Below are positions 14,776 to 24,020 of a DNA stretch of 28,864 nt, one piece after another; the stretch's first letter is position 1; each line of letters starts with the position of its first letter. Made by a program: the position numbers and the translations under genes. Source of the stretch: a virus (lineage: Duplodnaviria; Caudoviricetes); IMG/VR virus record IMGVR_UViG_3300032260_000019, positions 1-28,864 of that record. The stretch is one strand, 5' to 3'. The notes beneath the pieces were generated by a model. It had not been told where the DNA came from, searched no databases, and saw nothing but the letters and a program-made list of their open reading frames with translations.

Positions 14776-16731
14776 GTGTCCGAACGGCAGATAACGACAG
14801 ATCCAAACGAGCCGCGCAATATCCGGGAAGACCTGGAGAGCATGAAGCCGGTCATCAAGGCACACATCATCTCGCAAGATCGTGTGCAGGCAACGAACGT
14901 TGTTTCCACGGACGAGGAGAGGGCGTTCGCGTCCGCTGGCGCACTGGAGCCTCCATTCGATCCGCAGACGTTGTGCGTGCTGTTCGGGCACAGCAATAGT
15001 CTGCGCCAGAACATCGACGCGTACGAGGTCAACATTGACGGATTCGGGCATCGGTTCGAACCGGTGATCAACCTGGACAGTGACGACGCGAACGAGCAGA
15101 TTCGCGACGCATTATTTCTCGACAGGATTAGCGATCTGGAAACAGACGACGCCGACGATGATGCGATGGACTCGCTTGCAGAGCAGTACATGCCAAGCGA
15201 TTCAGACGTTGAGAAACGCAAGAAGTCTCTGGTCGCACAGATTCGTTTGGAGAAGGCAAAGCTGCAGAACTTTTTTGATTTCTGCTGCATGAACGTGTCG
15301 TTCGTGAAGCTGCGAAAGCAGACCAGGCAGGACATCGAGGTGACTGGCAACGGGTACTGGGAGGTGTTGCGCAATGGACGTGACGAGGTCGCGCAATTCA
15401 CCTACATGCCTGCGTTCTCGATGCGCCTCGTTCCATTGGACCCGGATGCAATACCTGTGAAGCAGAAGGTCCGTGTCTCTCCATTCACGTTCAAAACGAT
15501 GGAGATGCGCAGACGCTTTCGGCGTTACGTTCAGGTGTTCCAGGACGACGTCATCTTCTTCAAGGAGTTCGGGGACCCGCGCGTCATCTCAAAAAAGGAC
15601 GGCCGGGTCATCACAGAGGAAGAGAAGGATGACTTCGATGCGCAGACAGAGGCGGGCGCCGACGGTCCGGCGACTGAGGTCTGGCACTGGTTCCTGCACA
15701 ACCCAGAGTCTGCGTACGGAACGCCGCGCTGGATGGGGAACCTTCTATCTGTTCTCGGATCGCGCCAGTCCGAAGAGGTCAACTTTCTGTACTTCGACAA
15801 TAAGGGGGTTCCGCCCCTCGCGCTGTTGATCTCGGGGGGGAAGCTCTCGACGCAGTCCGTGGACCGCGTCAGCGACTTCATCGAGAACAACATCAAGGGC
15901 AGGAAGAACTTTCACTCGATCATGGTCATCGAGGCAGAGGCAGCGTCGTCGAAGGCGACAGCCGACAGCGCTGGGAAGATCAGGATCGACCTCAAGCCGC
16001 TGACAGCCGCACAGCACAACGACGCGCTGTTCCAGAAATACGACGAGCGAAACATTGACAAAGTCGGGATGGCGTTCCGGCTGCCTCGAATGCTTCGTGG
16101 CGACATCCGAGACTTCAATCGTTCCACGGCGGATGCTGCGCTGGCGTTCGCGGAGATGCAGGTGTTCCAGCCGGAACGCCAGGACTTTGACTTTTCAGTG
16201 AACCGGCAGCTGCTACTGAACGAGATGGGCATCAGGTTCTGGCGGTTTGTCTCGAACGCCCCGGTGACGCGCGACCCAGAGGTCGTCGCCAAGATGATCA
16301 AGGACCTAATGAACGCAAATGCGTTCACCGCGATCGACGTGCGCCCGCTCCTGGAAGAGGTGTTCAATCGCGAGTTCCGCACCCTCCAGGCGGACTGGGC
16401 CAAGCAGCCTGTCCCGCTGACGCTTGCCGGCATCCCGCTAGATGGGGATGCAGGCAAGGGGGACATGACCGGCGGGGACCTTGCCGGCGCAGGCCGGCGG
16501 GCCCCGAGCCAGGACTCCAGCAGGATGGATGGTCCGTTCCGCGGCCGCCGCCGCCGCCGCAAGAGTGAGATCGACGAAATCCTAGAGGACCTGTCACTGG
16601 ACGAGCAGGTGACATTCATGCTGAAGCTCAGGGAGAGGCTGGAAAAGGCTGAAGTGGCCCGCGCCGAGGAAGAACACCTGGCCGCCCGCACCGACGCTGC
16701 GGCGCTGGCAGCAAAAAGCAAAGATGTGTGA
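14776..16731 (+). CDS. Portal protein, PBSX-like
   Basis: DIEVTGNGYWEVLRN, YGTPRW, NFLYFDNKGVP, AFRLPRMLRG, FNRSTA; position after terL. Confidence 0.9.
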   Translation: MSERQITTDPNEPRNIREDLESMKPVIKAHIISQDRVQATNVVSTDEERAFASAGALEPPFDPQTLCVLFGHSNSLRQNIDAYEVNIDGFGHRFEPVINLDSDDANEQIRDALFLDRISDLETDDADDDAMDSLAEQYMPSDSDVEKRKKSLVAQIRLEKAKLQNFFDFCCMNVSFVKLRKQTRQDIEVTGNGYWEVLRNGRDEVAQFTYMPAFSMRLVPLDPDAIPVKQKVRVSPFTFKTMEMRRRFRRYVQVFQDDVIFFKEFGDPRVISKKDGRVITEEEKDDFDAQTEAGADGPATEVWHWFLHNPESAYGTPRWMGNLLSVLGSRQSEEVNFLYFDNKGVPPLALLISGGKLSTQSVDRVSDFIENNIKGRKNFHSIMVIEAEAASSKATADSAGKIRIDLKPLTAAQHNDALFQKYDERNIDKVGMAFRLPRMLRGDIRDFNRSTADAALAFAEMQVFQPERQDFDFSVNRQLLLNEMGIRFWRFVSNAPVTRDPEVVAKMIKDLMNANAFTAIDVRPLLEEVFNREFRTLQADWAKQPVPLTLAGIPLDGDAGKGDMTGGDLAGAGRRAPSQDSSRMDGPFRGRRRRRKSEIDEILEDLSLDEQVTFMLKLRERLEKAEVARAEEEHLAARTDAAALAAKSKDV

Positions 16732-17773
16732 TTTCCGCGCAGGCATTGCCGCGGCGAACGTGGTCCTTCGGGACTGGTACATGATCGACGTTCGGAAGGC
16801 GCTGAACCCGCTGAACCAGAAGGACTACCTGGTGATCGAGCGCCGCCTGGCCAAGGCGCTGAACATCTCAGGGGTCGCAGAGGAACAGGCAATCATTGAG
16901 GCCACCAGCAATATGGCCGGTCTTGACTGGGGAAACATGTCTGAAGCTGCCCGGGAGCGCACGCTGGATGCGGCCCGCAGGACGGTCGCTGCGTCTGGGG
17001 CGAAGGTGCTTCCGCGGTCGCGCGGAGTTCTCGACGTCGAGGGTGAGCGCATTATCGGTGAGACCAGGAAGGCGACGAAGAAGAGGTATCGGCTGGACAT
17101 CGAGACGTCGACCACGGACTTTGACAAGCAGATCGGCAATCACATCGTGTCGAGCCAGGCCAACTTCTCGACCACCGAGTTCGGCGTTCGGGTGGACGCC
17201 TTCGCCGACGAGTCTCGCCGCATCGTCGAGAGAGGCCTGGAGCTGGGGGAGGGCAGGATCGACATAGGCCAACGCCTGCACGACCAGGCCCGCGTCAATG
17301 GCATCGCCCGCAAGCGCGGGTATTGGGACGTGGTCGCTGGGTCGTTCGCGAACCGGGGCAGGACGTTTGCGCAGCTGTCCTCCTACCAGGACGCCGACAT
17401 CACTCGCTACGTCATCGACGCCGTCATGGATGAGGCGACCACGGACATCTGCAGATTCCTGCACGGGCAGACGTTTACGGTCGGCTCTGGAATCGCTAAG
17501 TTCAACGAAGTCGATACCCTAGAACAGCCTGAAGCCATGAAGGACGTCACCCCGTGGGTCCGAACAACGACGGTCGACGGCCAGCTGGAGATGTCCTACA
17601 AGACTGGCGGGGAGACGTTCTCGGTTGGGCGTGTGCTAGAGTCCGCAGTGGGGAAGCCCGATGAGTCTGGACGGTTTGGAAATACTCTCTCTGGTGACCA
17701 GCTGGCTCAGCGAGGCATCAGCTTTCCGCCGTTCCACGGATTCTGCCGATCCAGCGTCGTACCTGACATCTAG
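16724..17773 (+). CDS. Head morphogenesis protein, MuF/SPP1 gp7-like
   Basis: AVMDEATTDICRFLHG and PPFHGFCRS motifs; follows the portal. Confidence 0.88.
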   Translation: MCDFRAGIAAANVVLRDWYMIDVRKALNPLNQKDYLVIERRLAKALNISGVAEEQAIIEATSNMAGLDWGNMSEAARERTLDAARRTVAASGAKVLPRSRGVLDVEGERIIGETRKATKKRYRLDIETSTTDFDKQIGNHIVSSQANFSTTEFGVRVDAFADESRRIVERGLELGEGRIDIGQRLHDQARVNGIARKRGYWDVVAGSFANRGRTFAQLSSYQDADITRYVIDAVMDEATTDICRFLHGQTFTVGSGIAKFNEVDTLEQPEAMKDVTPWVRTTTVDGQLEMSYKTGGETFSVGRVLESAVGKPDESGRFGNTLSGDQLAQRGISFPPFHGFCRSSVVPDI

Positions 17774-17782
17774 TATTGGCTG

Positions 17783-18130
17783 ATGCAACCCGGAAGACTC
17801 ATTGCCCCAGCCGTCAGGACGCCGAAGCCGTTCCTAGATCTTGTGCAGGGCGACACAAAGGTGTTGAATCAGGTTGTAAATGGCTTTCGCAAGACCATCG
17901 CCAGAAGCTTTGCGCCAGGCGCGTTCCCGGTGCGCGGGCAGCCTTCGGTCGCGGAGGTCAAACGGCGTTTCGAGATCTGCGAAAAAATCACGCGCACGCT
18001 GCGCAATGATCATCAGTGGGGATGGTCGAGGATTCTTGGCAGGCTGCAAGAATACCTCGGCTGCGAAATTAGCGGAAAATCATGGGAGCCCGACAGGCGG
18101 TCTGTTTGGATTCCTGAAGACGGTCAATAA
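17783..18130 (+). CDS. Hypothetical protein (115 aa)
   Basis: In-operon ORF. Confidence 0.7.
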   Translation: MQPGRLIAPAVRTPKPFLDLVQGDTKVLNQVVNGFRKTIARSFAPGAFPVRGQPSVAEVKRRFEICEKITRTLRNDHQWGWSRILGRLQEYLGCEISGKSWEPDRRSVWIPEDGQ

Positions 18131-18145
18131 AACAGGAGAAAGACC

Positions 18146-18874
18146 ATGGAGACCCAACAGGTATTCGAGAAACTGACTGACGCCTGCCGGCGCGTTCTGA
18201 AGAGCCAGGGATCTCCTGCCTCGATCGAGACGCGTACGATGACCCTCGACCAGTTCGCAGAGTATGCGATGGACGAGATCAATAAAGCCGACGGCGAGAA
18301 GTCCTCTCCGCGCGCAGCCCTGGCTCGCATCCAGCACCTGCACAGCACGATCGCGGTGGCGAAGTCTGCGTTCACGTCTGCCGAGCTGGAGTCTTTCGAC
18401 ATTCCGGTATTCAAGGCCGGTGCGTCCATCTCGATGTCCGATGTCGAGACCCGGTTCGAGGGCCTGGAGAAGCAGGTGAGCGCGCTCGTCGGCTCCCTCG
18501 GCAAGGGCAAGGCCGACGAAGAGGACGAGAAGGCCAAGGCCAAGGGCAAGGCCGACGACGAGGACGAGACCGAGAAGGCCAAGGCCAAGGCCAAGGGCAA
18601 GGCCGACGACGAGGACGAGACCGAGAAGGCCAAGGCCGAAGAGGAAGAGGACGACAAGAAGAATCCGTTCAAGGGCAAGGCCGGCGACGAGGACGAGGAC
18701 GAGGACGAGAAGGCCAAGAAGGCCAAAGAGGAAGAGGACGAGAAGGCCAAGGCCAAGGGAAAGGCCGACGACAAGGACGAGACCGAGAAGGCCGCATGGC
18801 CGCAGGATCTCGCGAAGTGCGGCAACGTCAAGCGCGACGCTGACCTGTACGACTGGGGCCGAGACCCGGAGTAG
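18146..18874 (+). CDS. K/A/D/E-repeat scaffold-like or internal head protein (242 aa)
   Basis: AGGAG RBS; repeated KGKADDEDETEKAKA; C-terminal AWPQDL. Confidence 0.8.
   Translation: METQQVFEKLTDACRRVLKSQGSPASIETRTMTLDQFAEYAMDEINKADGEKSSPRAALARIQHLHSTIAVAKSAFTSAELESFDIPVFKAGASISMSDVETRFEGLEKQVSALVGSLGKGKADEEDEKAKAKGKADDEDETEKAKAKAKGKADDEDETEKAKAEEEEDDKKNPFKGKAGDEDEDEDEKAKKAKEEEDEKAKAKGKADDKDETEKAAWPQDLAKCGNVKRDADLYDWGRDPE
18500..18793 (+). repeat. Intragenic imperfect tandem repeats
   Basis: Units such as GGCAAGGCCGACGACGAGGACGAGACCGAGAAGGCCAAGGCCAAG; coding strand almost T-free. Confidence 0.9.
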
Positions 18875-18900
18875 CCGGACCGGCCACGAACACAACCCGA

Positions 18901-21900
18901 GTGAGCTTCTTCGAAATGTCACAAAAGCCCGACAGTATGACCGAGGTCGAGAAGACCGTATGGGGTTCTCCTGCGGGTAAAAAGCGGCTTTCGAAGAAGC
19001 TCGCTGCGATGATTCCGTCTGGATACACGACTTATGTCGAGCCATTCGCTGGTAGCGCGGCAGTCTTCTTCGCGCTTGAACAGGTCGATACCGAGGTCCT
19101 GAACGATATGGACCCGGAGATCGCATTCGCCTTCAAGGCGATCGCGACACTGTCCGATGCCGAGATGAAGTCTCTTGGCAAGAAGTCATGGACGGGGAAC
19201 AAAGAGACATACAAGAAGCTGTACACGCAGTGGAGGTCGGGCAAGAGCCTCGGCAAGGTCGACCGCCTGCACAGGTTTTTGTACCTGTCCCATTTCTCGT
19301 TTGGGAAGCTACGCAGCGGCAGCTTCAACGGCAACGCCGACGGCATCGTCGCGCAAACGCCTGGCAAGGTGGACCGCGCCCGCGAGCGCCTTAGCGGCGT
19401 CAAGGTGCACAGCGAGGACTACCGCAAGGTCTGCAGCAAGTACGACGGAACGAAGACGTTCTTCTTTCTCGATCCTCCGTATGTTGGTTCGGATGCGCTG
19501 AACAGGACGTCGCGAGAAGGCGGCGGAACAAATACTGGCGAGAAGTCGTTCAACGAAGAAGATTTCTATAAGTTCCTGAAGGGCCTCAAGGGCAAGTTCC
19601 TGATCACATACGGCGTGACCGGCAAGACAGATTGGCCCGGATTTCACGTCTCAAGGATTACGAGCCCCAGGTCGATCGCGTCCATGCCTGGCGTCAAGGG
19701 GCCAAAGACCCTGACGCACCTACTGATCTCGAACTACAAGATCAGCAAGGCTGACATCGCCAAGGCGGTCGGAGACGACTGGACGATCGAACCGGTCGTG
19801 AAGGGGTTCCCAGGCGGAGAGGCCAGCGCCGGCCTGCACATGCACGCGCTCGACCGAGAGGCCCGTAGCACAAAGCTGGACGGCACGCACTCGCACACGT
19901 TCGTGTCACTGGACGGCAAGGCTGTAGTCACCGAGGAGGACGGGCAGCACTTACACGGGATCAGCTGCTACGACGGCGGCGCCACACACATCACTCACGA
20001 CGGTGAGCACATTCACCACCTGAAGTTGCCAGGCGGAGTGACGTTGCGGACCGAGGTCGGTGGGTACCACGGACATGATGTCCATACTGAGACGACGGGA
20101 TTCGATGGGACACACGTCCACAAGCTGGTTCTTCCAGACGGATCTATCGTTGAAAGTCTGGACGCCGACGGGGAGTGGCGTCGCGCCGGGAAGCCAGTAT
20201 TGGCAGCCGGAACGCCGGCAGCCAGTTCGATCGCGACATCGAAGCAGGCCGGACTTGCCGGGGCCCTACGCAACTTCACGCTGCGTGCCCCGTTCCTGGT
20301 TCTGTCCGATGGCGACCTGTACGTGCGCACTGATGGAATCAAGAAGGCCGTCGAGGCTGCGATAGCAGACATGCTTCCGGCGGACGTCGCTGCGACTGTT
20401 CGAGTGATAGAAGGGGAGCCCCCGTCGCATTACGTCGAGGCCGCAGACCTGAGTGTTCAGGTTCGCGAAAAGATGGTCGCCAAGCATGCGGTCGACAAGG
20501 CTGCCGGCGACGCGCCAGAGATGCCAGACGTCCTGACGTGGGATGCGGTCTGGTCCGGGCGAATGCCTCCAGATGGCGAGTCGGGGCTGCCGGCGTTCCT
20601 GGAGAAGCAGGTCCCTGGACGCTTCCGCTACTGGAAGGCTGAAGGAGATCGCGCCTGCGAGGTTCGAGACGCGCTGATGGATAGCGCGCCTGACATCAGG
20701 ATGGTCAACGGCCAGCCGACGCTTGTCACCGTGCAGATGTCGGTGTTCAGCCCATCCGCCGGGGAAGAGGCGCTGGCCAAGCGCGCAGACTTCGTTCACC
20801 AGGTTGCGCGCATCATGAAGGACACCCAGCAAGGTGTTCTGTGGACGCTGAACGAGTTCCCGAACGCAAAGCTTGAAGACGGCCAGGTGCTGGTGATTGC
20901 GGCCGACGTCGCAGACCTCTGGTCATCCAGCGGAGAGTCGATGGATTCTCTGGTGCGCAAGGTTGCCGACCTGAAGCACGGGTGGATCCTCCCCCTACGC
21001 GATTCCGTTGGCGCGCGCGCCGCGCTATCCAGGGTCGGAACCACGTTCCTGATTCGCAAGTCTGCGACCATGGGATGGGTGTTCGGGACGAACGTGGATG
21101 TGGCCAAGGCGCAGGTTGAGATCGTCGAGCTACCGTCAATCGGTGATACACGACGAGAGTTCACGCTGTCGCGCCAGGTGTGGAAGTCCGGGAAGCAATC
21201 GGTCTGGCATTTGATGATTGACAGGCCTGAAGAAGGTCTGGAGGCATGGGTCCTTCAGGGCGACCCGGTCGAGAAGGGGTGCGTCGGGATCCAGAAGGAC
21301 GTCGCCGAAAAGGCGATGCTCGACTTCCAGGGCGATATCGACGACGGCGAGATATGGATCGAGGACCGCGGGACCGTCTCTGTTACGGATCGATGCGACG
21401 GCGTGTGCAAGCTGCGCATTGACGGCACGAAGCTGCGCGGGGATTTTGTTCTGACCGGTCGCGGCACAGGGTCGATCTGGAAGCTGGAACATGCTTCCAG
21501 GCCAGCGGCCGCTGGCGAAGCAGGTCTTCAGGAAGTGACCAAGAGCTACGACGTCTCGAAGCTTGTGATTGCCGAAAAGGCCAAGGACGAACGGTTCGTT
21601 TACGGCATCGTCCTGGAGCCAGAGACCGTCGATTCCCAGGGGGACATCTACTCTGAGGAATCCGTCCGGGTCGCTGCGCACAAGTTCATGGCTGAGTTCC
21701 AGAACATCGGGATCCAGCACTCCGAACTTGCCAAGCAGGTCGATATCCTTGAATCGTTTCTGGCACCTACATCGTTCTCCGAGGGTGGCAAGGACGTCAA
21801 AAAAGGGACGTGGCTACTGGCGGTTCGGGTCAAGTCTGCAACCCTATGGGCTGACATCAAGGCCGGGAAGTTCACCGGGTTCTCCATTGGCGGAACAGCA

Positions 21901-21924
21901 ATGCGCCGCCCGGAGAAGTCGTAA
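18901..21924 (+). CDS. Multidomain fusion: Dam/D12-class N6-adenine methyltransferase, HxH repeats, unknown domain(s), degenerate LigD phosphoesterase-like domain, XkdF-like prohead protease
   Basis: GSPAGKK, YVEPFAGSAAV (motif I), LND, FFFLDPPY (motif IV); six GxHxH; DFQGDI...DRGT...KLRGDFVL; VYGIVLEPETVDSQGD...QH...KKGTW...IKAGKFTGFSIGG; alternative ATGs at 18916 and 18937. Confidence 0.88.
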   Translation: MSFFEMSQKPDSMTEVEKTVWGSPAGKKRLSKKLAAMIPSGYTTYVEPFAGSAAVFFALEQVDTEVLNDMDPEIAFAFKAIATLSDAEMKSLGKKSWTGNKETYKKLYTQWRSGKSLGKVDRLHRFLYLSHFSFGKLRSGSFNGNADGIVAQTPGKVDRARERLSGVKVHSEDYRKVCSKYDGTKTFFFLDPPYVGSDALNRTSREGGGTNTGEKSFNEEDFYKFLKGLKGKFLITYGVTGKTDWPGFHVSRITSPRSIASMPGVKGPKTLTHLLISNYKISKADIAKAVGDDWTIEPVVKGFPGGEASAGLHMHALDREARSTKLDGTHSHTFVSLDGKAVVTEEDGQHLHGISCYDGGATHITHDGEHIHHLKLPGGVTLRTEVGGYHGHDVHTETTGFDGTHVHKLVLPDGSIVESLDADGEWRRAGKPVLAAGTPAASSIATSKQAGLAGALRNFTLRAPFLVLSDGDLYVRTDGIKKAVEAAIADMLPADVAATVRVIEGEPPSHYVEAADLSVQVREKMVAKHAVDKAAGDAPEMPDVLTWDAVWSGRMPPDGESGLPAFLEKQVPGRFRYWKAEGDRACEVRDALMDSAPDIRMVNGQPTLVTVQMSVFSPSAGEEALAKRADFVHQVARIMKDTQQGVLWTLNEFPNAKLEDGQVLVIAADVADLWSSSGESMDSLVRKVADLKHGWILPLRDSVGARAALSRVGTTFLIRKSATMGWVFGTNVDVAKAQVEIVELPSIGDTRREFTLSRQVWKSGKQSVWHLMIDRPEEGLEAWVLQGDPVEKGCVGIQKDVAEKAMLDFQGDIDDGEIWIEDRGTVSVTDRCDGVCKLRIDGTKLRGDFVLTGRGTGSIWKLEHASRPAAAGEAGLQEVTKSYDVSKLVIAEKAKDERFVYGIVLEPETVDSQGDIYSEESVRVAAHKFMAEFQNIGIQHSELAKQVDILESFLAPTSFSEGGKDVKKGTWLLAVRVKSATLWADIKAGKFTGFSIGGTAMRRPEKS

Positions 21925-21975
21925 CCTTACTGTTTGACAGGGGTTGCTGCTAGCATCCAGACTACGAGTTAAGGC

Positions 21976-22656
21976 ATGGGGAAACTTACGAAAGACAATG
22001 GCGAACCGACTCATCGACTGACAGATATCGTCGTTGAGGAGGTTTCGATCGTTGATCGTCCAGCGAACCAACGCCCGTTCCTCGTGGTGAAGCGCGCCGA
22101 GCCAGAGGCCGGCGGAACCATCGTGATGAACGCAGATGGAGAACTGGTCGTTGGTGAAGGCAAGGTTTCCAAGTCTATCCAGGACCGCATCGACGAGCTT
22201 GGAACTGGTGAGACGGACGCCGCGACGCCGACAAAGAAGGCCGGCGCGAAGATGTCCAAAGAGCGCATGGATCAGCTTGAGCAAGCAATCCTCTCGCTCG
22301 TAGCATTGAAGGATTCGTTGACCCCGGAGACGGGACCAACGGCAGGGTCCGCACACGCGAGGAAGACGGGCGACGACGGTGCGACTACTAAGCTGCTGGC
22401 CGACGTGACCAAGAGACTGGACTCGATGGTTGGATCGATTGACGAGCTTTGCACGGCCATGAAAAGCCAAGAGAAGCGGATCAATTCGGTGCGTACCAAA
22501 GTGGCCAAACGAAGCGAGCCTGTGTGCTCGAATCGTATCGAGGTCGAAAAGGGAAAACGGCCCCAGGCAGAACCAACGACGGCGTGGCCGATGGATCTCA
22601 ATCGAGAAGAGACGCCGGTTAATACGCCACAGCACAGGTCGTTTTTCGACGACTAG
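21976..22656 (+). CDS. Scaffold-like protein with N-terminal protease fragment
   Basis: N-terminal LTDIVVEEVSIVDRPANQRPFLVVK; coiled coil; C-terminal AWPMDL; directly upstream of the capsid gene. Confidence 0.8.
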   Translation: MGKLTKDNGEPTHRLTDIVVEEVSIVDRPANQRPFLVVKRAEPEAGGTIVMNADGELVVGEGKVSKSIQDRIDELGTGETDAATPTKKAGAKMSKERMDQLEQAILSLVALKDSLTPETGPTAGSAHARKTGDDGATTKLLADVTKRLDSMVGSIDELCTAMKSQEKRINSVRTKVAKRSEPVCSNRIEVEKGKRPQAEPTTAWPMDLNREETPVNTPQHRSFFDD

Positions 22657-22672
22657 CATGTAGGGAGGAGTC

Positions 22673-23623
22673 ATGTCGCAACTCGCAAAGGTCACGAACA
22701 ATCGGTCGCTGCTCGCGAAAGCCGATCTGTCGCTGGCAGATCTGACCACCGACGGTGGCCTTCTCGCGCCAGCGCAGAGCAAGAAGTTCATGCGTATTCT
22801 CATCAATGAGAGCACGATCATGAACCAGGCCACTGTGGTTCCGATGAAGAGCCACAAACAGGAGATCAACAAGATCCGTTTCTCGGGTCGAGTTCTTCGC
22901 GCTGGCCAGGAAGCCACCGCGTTGGTGGCCGGCGAACGCGCCAAGCCGGATCTCTCCCAGACCGAACTGGATGCGCAGCTGTTCAAGGCTGAAGTCCGGC
23001 TCGACAACGAGGTACTGGAAGACAGCATCGAGGGCGGGACGCTTCGCCAGACCATCATGACGTTGATGGGAGAAGCCATCAGCCGAGACATGGACGAGAT
23101 CATCATCCAGGGTGACACCACGTCCGCGGATACATTCCTCGCGAAGTTCGACGGGATCCTGAAGCAGGCCACGTCGAATGTCGTCAACCATGGCGGCGCG
23201 CGGACCAACAAGACCCTCTGGAAGAACATGCTGAAGGCGATGCCCAGCGAGTTCCTCCGTGCCAAGAAGGCCATGCGGTTCTACACCAGCAACGACAGCG
23301 AGCTGGACTACCGCGACTTCATCGCGGATCGTGGAACCGTTCTCGGCGACAAGTTCCTGGAGCAGGACGCGCCGATCAACTACAGCGGCATTCCGATCTT
23401 GGATGTCCCGCTGTTCCCAGAGACGCTTGGCTCTGGAGACAAAACCAACGCAGTGTTGGTCGATCCGAAGAACATCAACGTCGGAATCTGGCGGAACATC
23501 CGCATCGAGACCGACAAGCTGGTGTCCGAAGGCGTCCTGATCATCGTCGCTACCATGCGCTTCGACATGAAGTTCGCGGAAGAGACCGCGGTGGTCAAGG
23601 GCACAGAGATCCTCGTCAGCTAG
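22673..23623 (+). CDS. Major capsid protein, HK97 fold
   Basis: GGAGGAG RBS; [33 protein letters not shown]; 316 aa; position. Confidence 0.9.
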   Translation: MSQLAKVTNNRSLLAKADLSLADLTTDGGLLAPAQSKKFMRILINESTIMNQATVVPMKSHKQEINKIRFSGRVLRAGQEATALVAGERAKPDLSQTELDAQLFKAEVRLDNEVLEDSIEGGTLRQTIMTLMGEAISRDMDEIIIQGDTTSADTFLAKFDGILKQATSNVVNHGGARTNKTLWKNMLKAMPSEFLRAKKAMRFYTSNDSELDYRDFIADRGTVLGDKFLEQDAPINYSGIPILDVPLFPETLGSGDKTNAVLVDPKNINVGIWRNIRIETDKLVSEGVLIIVATMRFDMKFAEETAVVKGTEILVS

Positions 23624-23669
23624 TCGCTGGCAGGTCACAACCTCAAACGGACGCATCTAGGAGGACATC

Positions 23670-23999
23670 ATGAGTCTCGCAACTGCAGCAACGCTGGATA
23701 CCGAGGTCGGCCGAGAAGGCGGCCCGGTCATCGCAGCACGCATCTCGTTCCTTGGCGACGATGCATATCCGACCGGTGGGTCGGTGGACTTCAGCGACTT
23801 CGTCGCTGTTGCCCTCGGCATCAACGCCACTCAGCTGGATATCCTGGGCGTCTTCGCTCAGAACCTTTCCGACCACGAGCTACTGTACGACCGCGCGAAC
23901 GACAAGCTGATCGTTCGTGTCGCCAGTACGGCGGCCGAGGTCGCGAACACCACCGACCTGTCGGGAACTACGTTCGAAGCCCTCGTCATCGCGCAGTAG
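23670..23999 (+). CDS. Probable head decoration/structural protein (109 aa)
   Basis: GAGGA RBS; YPTGG...AEVANTTDLS; follows the capsid gene. Confidence 0.65.
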   Translation: MSLATAATLDTEVGREGGPVIAARISFLGDDAYPTGGSVDFSDFVAVALGINATQLDILGVFAQNLSDHELLYDRANDKLIVRVASTAAEVANTTDLSGTTFEALVIAQ

Positions 24000-24020
24000 C
24001 GCGAAGAAGGACCCACTACG

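Noticed and set aside
18500-18793. CRISPR array
   Set aside because: In-frame coding repeats without unique spacers; no cas genes
21934-21963. Internal promoter TTGACA before the scaffold gene
   Set aside because: Best -10 is CAGACT at 18 bp; too weak to call
21922-21978. Stop-codon readthrough joining the fusion protein and the scaffold, which are in the same frame
   Set aside because: Two in-frame TAA stops (21922 and 21970) intervene
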